Shown: piece by piece, positions 63,629 to 64,000 of the stretch
Numbering within the stretch: position 1 is the stretch's first letter
How the letters are laid out: every line of letters starts with the position of its first letter
IMG/VR virus record: IMGVR_UViG_3300032167_000073
DNA length: 64,000 bases
Direction: 5' to 3' (one strand)
Source: a virus
Taxonomy: Duplodnaviria > Heunggongvirae > Uroviricota > Caudoviricetes
Notes under the pieces: model-generated
The model's database searches: none
What the model was told of the DNA's origin: nothing
Seen by the model: only the letters and a program-made list of their open reading frames with translations
Position numbers and translations under genes: made by a program

Positions 63629-64000
63629 GCATGAGAGAGATTTCTGAACTATCCGATATCCAGTCAGAAAGCGGAATCATCGGAACGTTGATCTATCATC
63701 CAGATTTCATTCTGCATACAGAGTATCTCCAGCCCGGTTATTTTTACAGCGTTGAAAACGGCTGCATCTATTGGGCGATTCAGGCACTGTATAACGATGG
63801 AATTACGAACATTGACGCTTATAACATCTCCAATAAGTTGCAAAGTCATAGCGGCGTACAAAAAACAATCGACAAATACAATCTGCCGTCCGTACAGGAA
63901 TTTGTCGATCTGTATAAGGAGACTGCGAGACATACGATTGAAGAGTATAAAATGCTCGCTAACAATGTCGTTACGCTCGCATTTAAGCGGGATCTCAATA
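63625..64000 (+). CDS. dnaB: replicative DNA helicase DnaB-like (N-terminal fragment, continues beyond window)
   Basis: ESGIIGTLIYHPDFI...FYSVENGCIYWAIQALYNDGITNIDAYNISNKL matches DnaB N-terminal domain. Confidence 0.6.
   Translation, partial: MSMREISELSDIQSESGIIGTLIYHPDFILHTEYLQPGYFYSVENGCIYWAIQALYNDGITNIDAYNISNKLQSHSGVQKTIDKYNLPSVQEFVDLYKETARHTIEEYKMLANNVVTLAFKRDLN

Noticed and set aside
63664-63933. 89-aa minus-strand ORF
   Set aside because: Antisense to the DnaB-like N-terminal domain coding sequence.

Overview
This window reads as a segment of a large, apparently virulent phage genome, with roughly 48% GC and a likely Firmicutes/Clostridia-type host. Essentially every credible gene lies on the + strand, and nearly all minus-strand ORFs in the track are antisense artefacts. 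A conserved promoter module (AAAGCAGAAAAAGTATTGACA, a 17-18 bp spacer, then TATACT/TATAAT) recurs about 20 times, often just downstream of a rho-independent terminator.

The recognisable content falls into these blocks:
- **DNA replication and recombination:** a DnaN-like sliding clamp, a Rad52/Sak-type single-strand annealing protein, an SSB with the acidic DEEELPF tail, and a 5' fragment of a DnaB helicase.
- **DNA modification:** a gamma-class N6-adenine methyltransferase (NPPF motif), a beta-class DPPY methyltransferase, a PAPS-reductase/PP-loop protein and a small SAM-dependent methyltransferase.
- **tRNA genes:** two clusters (24.3-25.5 kb and 29.8-32.9 kb) holding at least 15 tRNAs, plus tRNA fragments and a 580-bp non-coding island.
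- **tRNA/RNA repair:** an Rnl2-type RNA ligase, a kinase-HD polynucleotide kinase/phosphatase and a Thg1-like 3'-5' polymerase.
- **NAD+ metabolism (49.7-54.6 kb):** isochorismatase/nicotinamidase-like, Prs-like, Nampt/NadV-like, macro domain, NadE and a minimal nucleotidyltransferase. The Prs-like plus Nampt-like pair matches the phage NAD+ reconstitution (NARP1-type) anti-defence logic.
- **Other candidate anti-defence genes:** a DUF2829/Tad2-like protein, a SLOG-family protein, a calcineurin-like phosphoesterase, a TerD-domain giant protein, acidic-tailed small proteins and FolD.

The two standouts sit side by side:
1. At 19598-19880 there is a bona fide CRISPR array: four 36-bp repeats with an internal GGTAAC-ACA-GTTACC hairpin, four unique 29-30-bp spacers and a degenerate terminal repeat. 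It lies directly upstream of a 480-aa TnpB/Cas12-like RuvC plus zinc-finger protein (19897-21339), with no adaptation genes. This looks like a hypercompact phage-borne type V CRISPR-Cas system.
2. Immediately downstream (21443-23748) is a complete diversity-generating retroelement. It comprises a target gene with a C-terminal variable repeat, an Avd-like accessory gene, a template repeat that differs from the variable repeat almost only at adenines, and a reverse transcriptase carrying the YMDD and 'SQ' signatures.
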